Source of the DNA: Paragordius varius
Taxonomy: Eukaryota > Animalia > Nematomorpha
DNA: 64,000 bases
Direction: 5' to 3'
NCBI GenBank assembly: GCA_964247055.1
Contig: OZ176054.1
Span: 10,850,001 to 10,914,000, forward strand
Part shown: in pieces, positions 26,465 to 40,708 of the stretch
Position numbering within the stretch: position 1 is the stretch's first letter
How the letters are laid out: every line of letters starts with the position of its first letter
Made by a program: the position numbers and the translations under genes
The notes under the pieces: generated by a model
Databases searched by the model: none
Seen by the model: the letters and a program-made list of their open reading frames with translations, nothing else
What the model was told of the DNA's origin: nothing

Positions 26465-29400
26465 ATGGATAACTATTGTTTGATGTTGCATAATCTTGAG
26501 CAACAGCTTACTTATTCCGATAATTATTCAAAAAATTTGTGTTATACAAGTTGTATAAAACTAGATTCCAAACCTATTTTACCTCCATTGGTAAATTTTA
26601 ATTTAAATCTTAGCTCAATGAAAAGCGACGAAAAGATGTCTCAGAATATAGGCATAAAATCATATCAATCGAAAAAAGGTTGCATCAAAATCAAGCTTTA
26701 CAAGTTTTGGATAAAATACACTTGCTTATTGATCAGGTATTATTTTTTATATTGTCAAAATTAGTCTAAACCTGTTTTGGACGAAAGTTTTGTGTCCGCT
26801 GAAAATTATCATCCGAATCAAAGCAATGAAAAAATAAATGGCATGCTTTGGCAAGCAATAATATCAAAATCTTTACCAGAGAATGGGTTAATAAAACAGA
26901 GCGCTCCACCTGACAACATACCCGATAATTTGGACAATTCATTCCATTCAGCACCACTAGTTTCTTATCCTAAAAAAATTGCTTGTCCAGACTTTGCAAG
27001 GTGTTCACGTCAGAGTACACCTATCGAATCAACCGATATCAATACATATAACAGTGAAACCGATAATAGTTATTTATTGGTTAGGAGTGAATCATATACC
27101 TTGGATCAGCCTTCAACCCATCTTTTACCCCAATTCAAAACGGTCAAAATTCAACAAAATCCACATTCTTCCATACTAGCAGAAAAAACAGATGGTCATA
27201 ATCAGACCATGGTAAATGGCTCTAACGAATTGTCCACTTCTGTTTTACCACCCCAAAAGATTTTGATACGAACCTCATCTCCCATTCATTCCTATACATC
27301 CTCGTCGTCTGGTGGTGGAAAACAGACTCAAGTAATACGTTTGGAAAAACTTTTTTTTCAAAATCAAAATTTATTAAATCGGTAGTTTTATTGTTTTTTT
27401 ATGCTTATACTGGAAAATTATTTTTTGGTTTCGTAAATGCATTCTCAGTTGTCTGGAAACAAAACAAATAGTTTAATGATAAGTCGGCTATTTTTGAAGA
27501 ATATAACTATATTTTTTAAAATTGATTTTCAGGCTGATACATGTACGAAACCACAAAAAGAGAAGACATTTCCATCTCAACCCATCAATACGACAAATAA
27601 TAGTAATGTTTCAACAAATTTTAGCAATGAACCATTCACACAATCAACAAAAGCTGGGTGTGAACTTCAATCGAATATTCCTGTTTCTCCTTCGACAAAC
27701 CCTGTCATCATAAATTATAATGCCAATGTTCAACAACAGGCAAAAATTATGTCAACCTCGGACATTTTAACGGAAAATATGGGAAAACTTGAACATATGG
27801 CCAAGTATTTGAGCAGTTGTTTGCGGCGTGAAAAAGAGACGATAGACGAAGACCAAAGTGTGGTAACTCTAAGTTTTTCATCTGAATCGGATGAAAGACC
27901 CTTGGCACGTGATAATAGAATGGTAATGTCTCAAAATTATTGTTGTCATAATGGTAGTTTTAGCCCTCACCACGATTCAGACACAAATACCCCAAGGAAA
28001 AATTTGAATGATTCCTCCAGGACTAAATCTGTAACTCAAAGGGAAAATAGTGTTGAGGAACTAAGTTTGTGTTCCCCCAATCAGCGCGTAATGAAAAATG
28101 GGGTAGAAAATGGATCATCGTCACATACGTTTTCGTTTGCCAGTTTTCCAGGTAAAATTTTATATGGTAAAATTGAATATAGTCTGATAAATCTTATAAA
28201 AACACTGTTTGAAAAAAGGAAATAGTTATGATTTAAACTGTTTGAGTTTCGACCTATTTTTGACTATGGGGTCTCCTTAATACCCAATACATAATAATTT
28301 TTTCACTGTACCTGTTTTAATTTGGTCATTAAGCTTTTTGAAATGGAGTCTGAAGCAAATAGCTACATAATTTTCCATATTAACTTTTTAAGCATTAAAG
28401 TGTACATGTACATAAATTATTATTGTAGGCAACACACATTATTGATTTTTATCGCATACTTAAAGGTTAATCAAGTTTGTTAGTGTTGTCTATAACACTA
28501 TTTAACACAACAATTTTTTTACATTAATTATTTTACCTGCAATTTTACCTGTTTTACTGATTGCGCATTGTTAATAACAAAATATGTTGTAATGTATGTT
28601 TGGTGTTTAAACACAATAATATTATATTAAAGTGTGCCCATATATAAATCATGTTAAAAAGATGTATATTGAAGAAAGATACAATTTAAACATGAAATAT
28701 GTTAGAGTATTTTACAGGTGTATTTTTACCTTTATATATAAGAATACTAGCAAATGCTTCTCAGTATTTATAGTGTTAATCTCCGATTACTATATAGTAT
28801 ACACCTAAAGGCTATCTCTCATTGAAACACATTTGTTGTTGATTGTTTTATAAGTAGTATAAATTATGTAAAAATTATATGGATATAGTCAGTAATGCAA
28901 TATTGATTTTTTTCATGCCAGATTTTACCAACCAGTGATGGTCTTTAAAGAGTTAACTAAAATAAATTAAATTTATGTAGCTGTTTATAAAACTTTTGAC
29001 ATCTTGACTTTTGAATTAATATAATTGCTTTTTGATTTACAATTTGATGAAAATTAATTTCAACGATTGGGAATTCGGTTTCTATATTATTAAAATATAA
29101 ATTTCTATATTTTTATTTTTGTTAGATTTTGAAATAAATGAAAGTTCAAGGACACTGAACAGTTTTATAAGTTTTGGTTGCTTTAAATACAGTATGAGTA
29201 AGAAGTATACATTGTTAGAAAGTTATCAATTATTGCCAAATAGCATATACAACAAAGGGCAGTATTATTGGCTTATAGTTATTTTTTCATATTTTACTAT
29301 TATTATTAGCCAATAATATTCCTTGTCGCATATGCTATTTGGTAATAATAACACTGTAGCAATATATACTTATTCCATACTGTAATTTTTACTTATAAAT

Positions 29401-31815
29401 TAATTTATCGGAATGACCACAAAAAATGTGTATCTCATTTATAACTGGCAAATAATAAGGGTTTATTTAAACTGTAATGTCTGGTTATATTCAAATCTTT
29501 CCTATATCTAAATGTAGAAAATATTTTTGTGGCAGCTTTGAGAATTTTTGGTTTCTTTATATATTTTGAGCCCCCCCATATCAGATGATATATATATATA
29601 TATATATCTACTAAATAATCATAAATTTTTGATTGAAAATTTTAAAATTTTTAAAACATTTTTAGAGCAGACATCATTTAATTTTATAATACAGAGTTAT
29701 TTAACAAATTTTATCAATAAACTAAATTATAATTATACCCACAGATCTATCACCAACGAATTGCGATAAAGGCGGTTATAACCCAAACTCATTCATAATA
29801 AATGAACCCATATGTCTAAACACAAATAACGTTGCGAACGCAGAAAAAAAGCACACCAAGGTAACCTCAACCCCTCAAACTGATTCCTACAATCCTGAAT
29901 CAAAAAATGCAAATTATCGCCATGATTTAAGTAAAAATAATAACTATTCATCACCCGCAAATCAAAACTATTATTTAGTACAAAATGAATGTTATAATTT
30001 GACTGATAATGTTATCGATATTTCAGATGCAAATAACTCAAAATCATTCCAATCTCGTGAAGAGGAAATTGTCCCTGCCCTGCGGAATCGTAAAAATTCT
30101 CTGTTAAGGCTTAAACGACAAAATACTTGCACTAATGCCCATACTGTAAATAATAAAACGTATTCCAATAATGGGAGCATGAGACATCAATATGCTTGTT
30201 CGGTATGTATGCATATAGATTATTTATATTAGATATTTTCTTATCGATAAAAGATGGATGGATTTGTTTTATCATACGATGACACCAATTTGAGAATATA
30301 TATAGATTAAAATATTTTAAATTTAATTTTTTGGTTTAAAATTGATTTTTTTTCACTATTGTAAACATATGCATTAATATTTGTACTTCCAAATGTTACA
30401 AATTTTTGATATTGTTGAGTCTAAAATAAACTGGGAAACTATTTAATTTATAGTCCAATTGATTTAGTTTCATTTAAAAATTTAGTGTTGTCTAATGATC
30501 AGCGTAGGCATTTAGGGTATTATCAGTGGATAATTTGTTTTTGAGGTTCTTTATCTCTAAACACATAAATATTTTTTCCCATATTTTTTGGAAAAAAAAC
30601 TTATTTATATGGATTCCTTCAAGTCAGTATAATTGGTAGACTTTACAGTATTTTTGTACCAGGCTATGTAGGTGATTATTTTTAGACACAATTCAGAACG
30701 GTATCTTGGAAAATATAAACTGTTTAAATTAAGTATATATATGTCTTGGTTAAAACTTTTCAGAAGTATAAGATATATGATTGATTAATTATTGATTTTT
30801 ACCTTTCCCAAGTAATATTCAGGCAAATATATTTAAAACTATTATAAACTTGAAACATATTTCTTATGTTGTGTGCTTAGAGTACATATATATTTATAAT
30901 TGTAACATATAACAGGGTACTGTAAAATTATACATACCACTTGATTGTAAAACTTTTTTTGATTATTAATAAGTTTAACATGGAGATGAGATTTATATAT
31001 ATATATTATATACCGTTATGATTATGAAAATTTAAACTTATCACTAAACTTTGTGATTGCAGATTATTAATGATAAATCATATATAATATTTTTTATAAA
31101 TTTATACTTTTGCGATCTTGATGACACATTGATCTATTTTTTTCTACCTGTCGCTGTTTTTTCTATTGATTATGTCTACGACCTTTGGAAAGTAATTTAT
31201 TGTTTTATATTTTTTTATAAATCTATTGAGTGAGATGATTAATATGGATATATTACATCTTATACGTATAAAAAGAATACCGGAAGGATCATTTTTGCTG
31301 ATAAAAATATGAATATTTAATTTTTTTTGTGTATATCTCAAGACAGATAACTAAAGTCTGGGGTTTTTTAATTTTATTTTTACGAGAGGGTATTTGTCAC
31401 TTTTTCCTCCTTGATTCATATTTTATAAACATTTTATGTCATTAATGTCATTAATGTGTGAGATAAATAATATTTTATAAATTTTTTCTTTAAAAAATGA
31501 CAAAATATATATATATATATATTGTTTCAAAAAAATGATGGTCTACCTTTGCCAATAAGTTAAAAGCTTTTTTTCCATTCTTTTTTTGTATTACGCCCTA
31601 ATTTGATTATAAATGCAATATATATTTATATATATATTAAACTGTGTTTCATCACCTCAACCTTGATCCATTGAGATATATATTATATATTTTAACCTTT
31701 TTTTACATAAAAACACTTTTAAAGTGAAAAATTGTTTAAATTAAATTTAATTTTAATATTAGGTTTTCATCGCTTGAAATTCAATTTATTATTTAAATTA
31801 ACAAACTTGAAACCG

Positions 31816-31856
<41 letters not shown>

Positions 31857-34800
31857 ATATATAATTATGTTTGAATTCATTATTGTTATTAAGGGATTAT
31901 GAAATATGCCAGGAAATGGGAAATAATAATTAATAATTATTTTTACAAAAACGATGTGATATTAAGAATCAATCTATTGTCAAAAAAGACAAAATTAAAT
32001 AATTAATTAAAGAGTACTTTATACTTTTGTTGTTACAGGAAATTGAGGATTTTATTTAAATCAAAAATCTAATTTTTCCATACTTAATTATGTGTTCCTT
32101 AATTCTCGCACGCAATTTTAACTATTTTGTTTTCCTGTAATTTTTCCGCTAAAACTAAAAGCTAAAATAAACTTTTTGGTTTGAAATTCTACTTTTTTAG
32201 ATGAAAAACGATATACATATATAATTTTGTTTTCACTTTCATTATTCCATATACTTTTTTAAGCTTATAATTTTATAATTCCTAAAATTGATAACAACAA
32301 TTATAAGATAAGATTTTGGCAAATTAAACCTTGCAAAAATAAGACCTACCTCCCCCCGGTTCTTATAATTACCCTGATTGTGGAAAAAGTATATGGCTTA
32401 TTACATAATGGCCCTGTGTTTTAAAACTTAAACAATGAAAAGTGCATGTTGATCAGATATATTAATAAATTTAGAACTTCTCTTTATATAACTCTTTATG
32501 GGGGGGGGGATTATTATATAAGGGTTTCGCAGTTTAATAACATTCGTTAGCAATTGTTGGAAAATTGTAACAAAAATTTAATTAATAATTTACTATGAAA
32601 AATAAATCAATGGAAAAGCTCCAAAATAATTATAATTGTATTCATCTATGACTCTACTGTAATATTATGGATAAAAACAACCAATTTACTTGAATCTATT
32701 TAGCGTACCAATTTTTATAAGTTAAAAATATAGGCCCGAAAAATTTTCATATTAGTTTCCATATCGCCTAAAATATAAATTTATCTTGTATGTTTTTTAT
32801 GTAACTAATAACAGATATTTGACCAGAATGGTTAAAGTAAGGAACTTTTGCACATGTTAAAAGCACCCATACTTTCTATTAATTGATTATTATTTCCTTT
32901 TATTGTCGAATAATTATGGGATTTTTAACATTATTTGACACTATTAACTGGTACTAGTAGGTTTTTCATTTCATTTTTTTTCAAAATAAAGTTTGAAAAC
33001 TTGTTGTTTAAAACTATATACTCAACTTTTTCTTGGACGATCTTTTAGTTTTTTTTTCTTGCCATAATTGGCATGGCAATATTTTTTCCATCTCGCTTCC
33101 TTCCATAAACTTTAATATTTATTATATGCAAATTTTAATTCCATTTATAAAAAATGTATAATATTATCGTTTTAGACCATCAGTTCTTCCCACAATGGAG
33201 GGAGTCCGTGTTGCGAATCCGTTAATAACTACACGAATAATAATTTTTACGTGGACTTTAAGGACACAACCTTAGCCGCCCTTATAAAGGGTTACCTTGT
33301 TCGCCGGCTTATGAAAACGTCTAAACTTCAACATCTCCGTACAACTATTAAGGTATATAAATAAATTTTTTGTTAATTAATTATTGAATCTTTTTATTTA
33401 ATGAGATGGCATAGATTGGAAAATAAATTAAAATAGACTTGATTCCTGAAAAAATTTCACTATATATTAGAAAAAGTAATTGGTTTTTTTTTCATTTAAT
33501 TAAAATTTGTAAATACGGCGATGATTTATTGTAATTAATAAAATACGAGCGGACATAAAAAAATGAAAATAGTTTAATGAAAATAATTTTTTTCTTGAAT
33601 AATTAAGAATTACCCGTTTTTTGTTCTTTTACTTTATACTCATTATTAGGATATATCTGGTTTAAATGCTTTAAAATAAATGGTTAAATTACATAATTTA
33701 CCTAGGATACGGTAGAATGTTTGAATGACATAAATGCTGAAAAAATGCGAAAAAATCAAAATATTTTGAATCAAACCGCTTTACCAAACAACAAAAATGT
33801 TGAGAATCGTAATAATAATTCATCATCACCAGAGGAAACGATTGATTACCTCCTTGATCAAGATTTGGAAGAACGATTGACGGCACAGGTATGTTGCTTT
33901 TTATGTCATATATTTTTGGTTTATAATAATGGAAAATTATCCACTTTTTAAACGACAAAAAGTAATTTTAATTTTAATTTAATGGATATATAAGGTTAAC
34001 ATTTAATCTGTTTTTAAGTATATAAATATTTATCCAATAGCTAAGGTAGTTTTTAAGGAAAAATACACATAAAAGTAGTATTAACTCATTTTCATTTTTT
34101 TTTTCACGGTTATTATATAGTTGCACATAATATTAATAGAATATACAATATGCATATATTTTTGCGAAATATATCATTGTATTTAAATATTTTGCTTAAA
34201 ATTGATCGTTTATTTTATTGGCATTTAACAGTTAGCTTGTGCCCTAGATGAATGGCATGAAATATTTTTTGGATACGATTCGGCCCGAAAAATGAAAATT
34301 ATTGAACATGATCGAAACGTGCAAATGCTAAAACTTGAGCGAAAACAGGTAATTTTCATAAAAATTTTTTTTTCATAATTTGACTGAATTACATAAAGCA
34401 TATAAATTGTGTAAATATATAACATTTGAAATAACCATTAATTTTTGTTTAGTTTAAAAAGAACGCGCATAGTAGTATATAATATTTTTTAAGCGAAGAG
34501 ATTAGCGCTTTTTATAATTTTAGGGTTTTTAAGATAATTAGTAGGTGGTGTAATATAATTTTTTCTACTTTTACCGTTTTTATAAATAACTCTTTTATTT
34601 ATCATACTATAATTAAAACAATTACCACGTTTTTTTTGATAAAAACATATAAATTATTGGTTTCACATATTTAAAAATGAAAAATGTAATAGTTTTTTGA
34701 ATCAACTGAATTTATTTTACACTCTTAAAGAAAATGCCAATTATTGTCGGTTTTAATTCGTCTTGTTGTATTAAATCCTAAAATTTTCAAGGTTTTTTTT

Positions 34801-35571
34801 ACACATATCTCATTTAACAAATTTTAGTTATAAAATTTTAGTTATAATTAAACAAAAAAATATAAATTAAATAAATTGTTTCGGCGATTTTTTAAACATC
34901 CTACTAACAAAATATGTTTTGATAAAAGTAATATTTATACAATTACAATTACCTAGGACGAAGAAAAACGCAAACTGGCCATCAAAAAACAATTGTTGGA
35001 AGCTACTCAAAATGGTCATCAACACCTGACTAAGGGGGCCGTAGGCGGCGGTTATTGGAAACCAAATTCTCACACCTTTTCCCGTAATCTCAGTATGCAA
35101 CGCTGCTTAGGTTCCATGCGTCGTAATTTAACATCATCCACTTCTCCTTCGAGCACACCTATCACACTTCAAAAAACTGGTTCACTAAACAATTCCTCAT
35201 ATAATAGAAAAATTCCAAACGCAACTAATTATCAGGCAAGGGGTAAAAATGGTGAAATTCCTCAAAACAACATAACGCCATCCACGCGAAATAATGGGGA
35301 TACTACTAAGAATAATAAAGTTTTATTAGTAGATACCATGGCAACAAAAGTTGATGATTACACCTTAATGAAACGACGACACAATACATTACCTAGGAAA
35401 TATAAATTACCCACGCTTTCAGTTAAAAATGTTTCTAGCAATAATAATACGACATACTCTCCTAACATTAATGAGTATGTGTATTCAAAACCATCCTCTA
35501 AAACATTGAATACGGCTATGGGGCTTAAAAATGGTTATAAACAGAAAAATACCATTTTAGTTAACTTGTAA
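26465..35571 (+). CDS. CCP110: Centriolar coiled-coil protein of 110 kDa (CP110), about 994 aa, 9 coding exons
   Basis: Exons 26465-26590, 26614-26736, 26765-27331, 27533-28151, 29745-30202, 33176-33352, 33706-33888, 34232-34348, 34957-35571 are phase-consistent. N-terminal MDNY...SCIKLDSKPILPPL|LNEKRRKDV; C-terminal LAALIKGYLVRRLMKTSKLQHLRTTIK|DTVECL...DQDLEERLTAQ|LACALDEWHEIFF...RKMKIIEHDR match the CP110 conserved blocks. Confidence 0.9.
26591..26613 (+). other. 23-nt GT-AG intron (CP110 intron 1)
   Basis: GTAAATTTTAATTTAAATCTTAG; removal switches to the frame LNEKRRKDVSEYRHK..., which matches the CP110 N-terminal helix. Confidence 0.87.
26737..26764 (+). other. 28-nt GT-AG intron (CP110 intron 2)
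   Basis: CAG|GTATTATTTTTTATATTGTCAAAATTAG; joins exon 2 in phase 0 to the 189-codon exon 3. Confidence 0.87.
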
Positions 35572-35892
35572 TTTATATTTATGACTATTTATATCCCTAT
35601 ATTTTACTACTTTTTGTATCCATTTAACAATATGCACCACACAACTGCCATATCAAAAATGATATAAGTTTAAATATGCATTTTTTGTAACTAGCAATTT
35701 TTTTTTATATTTTTTATCATATTATCATTCCATTCAAATTTTTTTTTTGCAAAACATGGTTTAAAGTTTTAGATTTTCCACAAATTTTGTACATATGTAT
35801 TTTATAATTTAAAGATTTCAAAATAAAAACAAATTTAGTACAAATTAAATTGATCCCTTTTTTGGCACACATCTCTTTGCAAATAGGATATA

Positions 35893-36162
35893 CAGTAAAA
35901 ATTCAAATATACGGACAAAACGTAAAAAAATAAAGACAAATTTTAACCTTTATTTTTTAAATATAACTCACCGCTTTAAATTTGCAAAGTATGATATAAA
36001 GATGTAAATTGGTAACACAATCAATTATATATTTTACAATATTATTTAAATAGCTAATATGGGAGATATTACGATTTAAAAAGTATGGTTGTTGTCTTTT
36101 GAAAAAATGATTTTGTCTTTATATTTTTAACTTTTGTCCGTATAATTTCTATATTTACAGTA
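35893..36162. mobile_element. Tc1-like MITE family H (other copies about 36830-37100, 40095-40305, 60114-60394; half copy about 7941)
   Basis: TA|CAGTAAAAATT...TATACGGACAAAA terminal inverted repeats in several copies. Confidence 0.7.
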
Positions 36163-37592
36163 GCACGTTACTCCCCATCAAATGGATATGAAATTTAATA
36201 CAAATTAATAGTATAATATAGCAAAAGAATTGGAAAATAAAACTATTACATCTGGATACAATTTATTAACACTTCATTACATTTTCATTTTTTTGTACGC
36301 GACATTTTGGGGTAATTCTTTACCCTTTTAGCTTAAAAATTTAATTATCAAAATCTCTTCTCCTCTATTCGATAAAATACTTGGAATTTTTCGTATTTTT
36401 TAAACTTCTAGAGTCCCGAATCTAGGTAGCTCCAAAACACGTTTTAAACGAACAGCTGATATTAAAATCAATAAATATTGAAAACTTACTGGTAAATTGT
36501 AATTTAAAAGCTTCCCAAAGTTAATTATATATATTTTTCAACAATAATATACATTTTGCTTGTTGTATTCACGATAATAAAAAAATGGCGGCGAAAAAGT
36601 TTGAGATTAGATGCCTTTACAATATTTTTTAAAAAAAGTTTATTTGTATCATGCGCCTCAAAGGCTAAAGAAAGCATATTTTAAATTTGCCCTAATGTTA
36701 ATAATGTTTTTAAAATACCCCAAACGGTCATAAGATTTTAAAATTTTTTTATATCATTATATCTGCACAAAAGTATATAGGCCTGAAGGAAATGGTAATA
36801 TTAGTTTTTTTAAGGTATCGATGGTTGTAAAAATTGAAATTATACGGACAAAACGTTAAACAATGAATATTTTTTATAAAAGACTAATGTACTTTTTAAA
36901 TCTAAATTTTTCCCATAAAAATTATTTATTTACAATTGTAAAATATATTATTAATTATGTTACCAATATACATCTCTATTCATACTTTAGAATTTTAAAT
37001 AATTATTTATATTTTAAAATTCAAGATTATAAAAGTATAGTTGTCTTTTGAAAAAAAATATTTTCTTTATATTTTTACGTTTTGTCCGTATAATTTCACT
37101 TTTCGCTCTATTTAATATTGCATTGTTTTTTGATTTTTTGTGTGAATATCTCTCCAATCGTCAATGTCTAATTTGAAGGCATACATAACCATGATTTAGA
37201 TAGACGGCTTTTATAATCATAAGACATGTCACTCGGAAAAATAATAAAATACAAGTTGAAATCCGCTTAGTTTAATTTGACATTTATATGTTATTATCGA
37301 GATTAAAAAACAATGTGGTTAGTTTCGCATTTATTTAGTTACAACATACATAACCAATGATATAAATTGATTGACTTAGGATGAATCACTCTTTATTATA
37401 TGGATTTCGATCCAAAAAATATTTTCTGGTTGCTTTGATAACTTTTGATTTTATTTTGAGCCTAACCCAATTTCGGATGATATATCTCATGAATATAATG
37501 GTAAATTTTAGATTGAAATCCATTTTTTTACATTTTTAGTGATAATTTGCGTATTGAAAAGCGTGTTGGACATCCCTGATTTAGACCAATTA

Positions 37593-38192
37593 CACTAGAC
37601 AACAAGATTTTTTGCCACTAAAGATTTTTGCATTTTCTGATTACTATTATTTTAACAGGAAATCTGAAACAACACCCGCGAAATGAGAGCGTTTTTCTCA
37701 ACTAATATATTTTCATAACTAATGAAAATAGCTCAAACTTTGTGTATATGGCTAAGAATGTCTAAAATTTTTTGAATAAATATATATCAAATAAGCAAAC
37801 CAAAAGCTTTTCCAAAGATTATTTTTAAATTTTATACAAATGTAACCCTAATAATTATATTAAATAATTATATGATTTTTAAATTAGTTGTGAAATTTCG
37901 AATTATTTAAGGTTTAAAATTATAAACATATAAAACCAAATAATTATTACTAGATTGATTTAAATGACAAACTACCATTCGAAAGATTTCTTTCGAATGA
38001 TATAAAATACATGGCTCTATATCTTAAATTAATTTTGGAAATTTCGAGTTTAATGTTAAATCGGACCAAAAATTATCGATCAAACCTAATAAAAATCTTA
38101 CGTGTTAGACCTTTTTTACAGATTATTAAATGTAATAAATTTTAAATTTAAAAGAATGGCACTTAAAAAAAGTCAAAATTTGTTGTCTAGTG
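37593..38192. mobile_element. Family D Chapaev3-like element, internally deleted copy
   Basis: TTA|CACTAGACAAC...GTTGTCTAGTG|TTA. Confidence 0.8.
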
Positions 38193-39096
38193 TTATCTTT
38201 TGACCAATCAAAAACCTATTTCAAAATGAATCTCTCACGCTTAAATTTATTTTTTGCAACAAATGCTAAAAAATTTTATCCAAAAAATATGACTCTACAA
38301 CAAATAACACATAATAAATAAAACTGTATTTATTAAACATTGCAGAATTTTCAATTATAAACAAACATGTATAATAATTATGGGAATAAAATATAGTAAA
38401 TATATAACAAATTCAGTTAAACTGTACAATTTTCTAACTATTCTATCTATCTATATATATTTGGATTATATATATTAGATTTAAAGCGAATATGTATGAA
38501 TTGAAACAATGAATTTTAGTAATCCATGTATTATAAATCCATGTGAGAAAGATTGGAATTATTTTATTCAAAAAAATTAATACGTTGTTAATATATTAAA
38601 TTTAAAGCATATAATCATGTAAAATATCAATGGAAAAAATTGTATGACAAAATTAAGCATAAGAAAATGATAATATATATACAAATTAAAAATTATTCAT
38701 TTCAGATGTGTAATCAATATATTTTATGGTAAAATAAAATATATATATATATATATATATATTTATCATTCTTTTAATCAATTTAAAAAAGACAATATGG
38801 TAAATACATTATAAACCTTTACCATTCAATTATCGAATCCTTGTCTATCACATAAATCGTATGTATATAGATATATATATCAGAGTCAGAATTTGTAAAA
38901 GAAAAGAAGATATATTTATCAAAATAATATAAAACCATCCAAGTTTAGAATATAAAAATTCAGCAAATGTTAGATAAGGCATTAAAATATCATTTATCCA
39001 TCATAAATTCGTTATAATATATATTTATATATATGGAAAAAATGGTATTGTAATTTAAAAAGAGGATCCAAATATCAAAAAAAATTAAAAAATAGT

Positions 39097-40474
39097 TTAA
39101 TCAATTTCATCATTTTTAAGCTCTAAACCTATATTTATTTCGTTATTATTATTTGAAAAATTATCAGTTGACTGTTGAATCGAGGTATTGGGTTCAAGGG
39201 CAAAAAGATGTTGAAGTCCGGCCTTATTTATTGCCGATTGAAATTGGGAAAAATAATCTATATGGACAGACACATGTAAAAATATATGTTTCAAAATAAG
39301 TAACATGTAATAAAAAGTACGTTGATCTTAATCATATGTATAAGAAAAGAAAATCTTGCTTCAAACTATCTTTGGGTATTATTTTTAAAAATAATTGAAA
39401 ATATTAAAAAATTTAAACCCAATAAACAGTATTGATATATTATATGTGGTTCGTAAAGCAATTACCCGTATAATAAATTTAGTTGAAATAATTTAAACTT
39501 CGAAAAATGTTTTTAAAAAAATATTATATGAAGATAAACTTTGTAATAAGGCAATTTGAGCTGGGGTCAATTTATCACGCATTTTGAGAAGGTTGACAAG
39601 GCTGACATACTGTTGTTGAAGCAAAGTTAGGGAAAAACCGGTATTCATAAAATTATTATTTTCATCGAAATCAGATTGTTTTATATTTTTATTATCATGA
39701 TTCAAGTTTATTTTGTCCATTAGGGAATCCATACCTTTATTATTATGTGTTGTCGATTCAAATGCTTTTGAATTATCATGTTGTGTAGTAAAGTTATTTA
39801 TGATATTCTGTTCATTGGATATATAAAAAAATTATATTTTATGTAAAACGCCCAAAAAATATAATATAAACTTATTGTATGTGTGGTTGATGCAAGGTTT
39901 TTAATTGTCAAATTATAATAAAAATTTAATATGATGGAAATCCAAAGACATAGTAAATATCAAGTAAATTTTATTTTTCAATCATTTTTCTTTTGAATAA
40001 AAGTCTTTATATATAGTCTAAAAATCATACACTTGCCCGATTTGTACATATGTTTTAATACTCTTTAACATTTAAACATATCTCCCATATATACGGTAAA
40101 TATTGAAATTATACGTAAAAACATAATTCCAAGACAGCCATCCTTTTTTAAATCTTAATTTTCCTGATAAATCCTCTTTAACTGCAATATCCAAAAAGAC
40201 ATGTTATATAAATAAATAATCGTTTAAATGTATGGTTGTCTTTTGAAAAAAATAATTCTCTTCATATATTTCTATTTTGTCTGTCGAATTTTAATATTTA
40301 CTGTTTAAGTATTCATATATGCATTATATTATATGCTTTTTATTTAAATAATTTTATTTTGGAAATTCATAATTTTGTATACCTTCTGTTCCCGTAAAAG
40401 CGACAAATATTGCAATATAGTGTTTCCATCCATATTGTTAGATGAATGTTTAAAATTGTTTGAAACTGCCTCTA

Positions 40475-40525
<51 letters not shown>

Positions 40526-40671
40526 CTGTAAATAAAGTATAATAGAATTTATAGATAAATTAATATAGTTATTACCTCTGGTAGTATAATCGGGTTGTAA
40601 ATCTACATTTTTGGGCGAATTTGACATTAAATGACGGAACACGGCAGTTGGGGTTAAATTTGTAACGCTCT

Positions 40672-40708
<37 letters not shown>

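Noticed and set aside
26465-26764. 99-aa ORF as a complete gene
   Set aside because: It is the intron-retained reading of CP110 exons 1-2.
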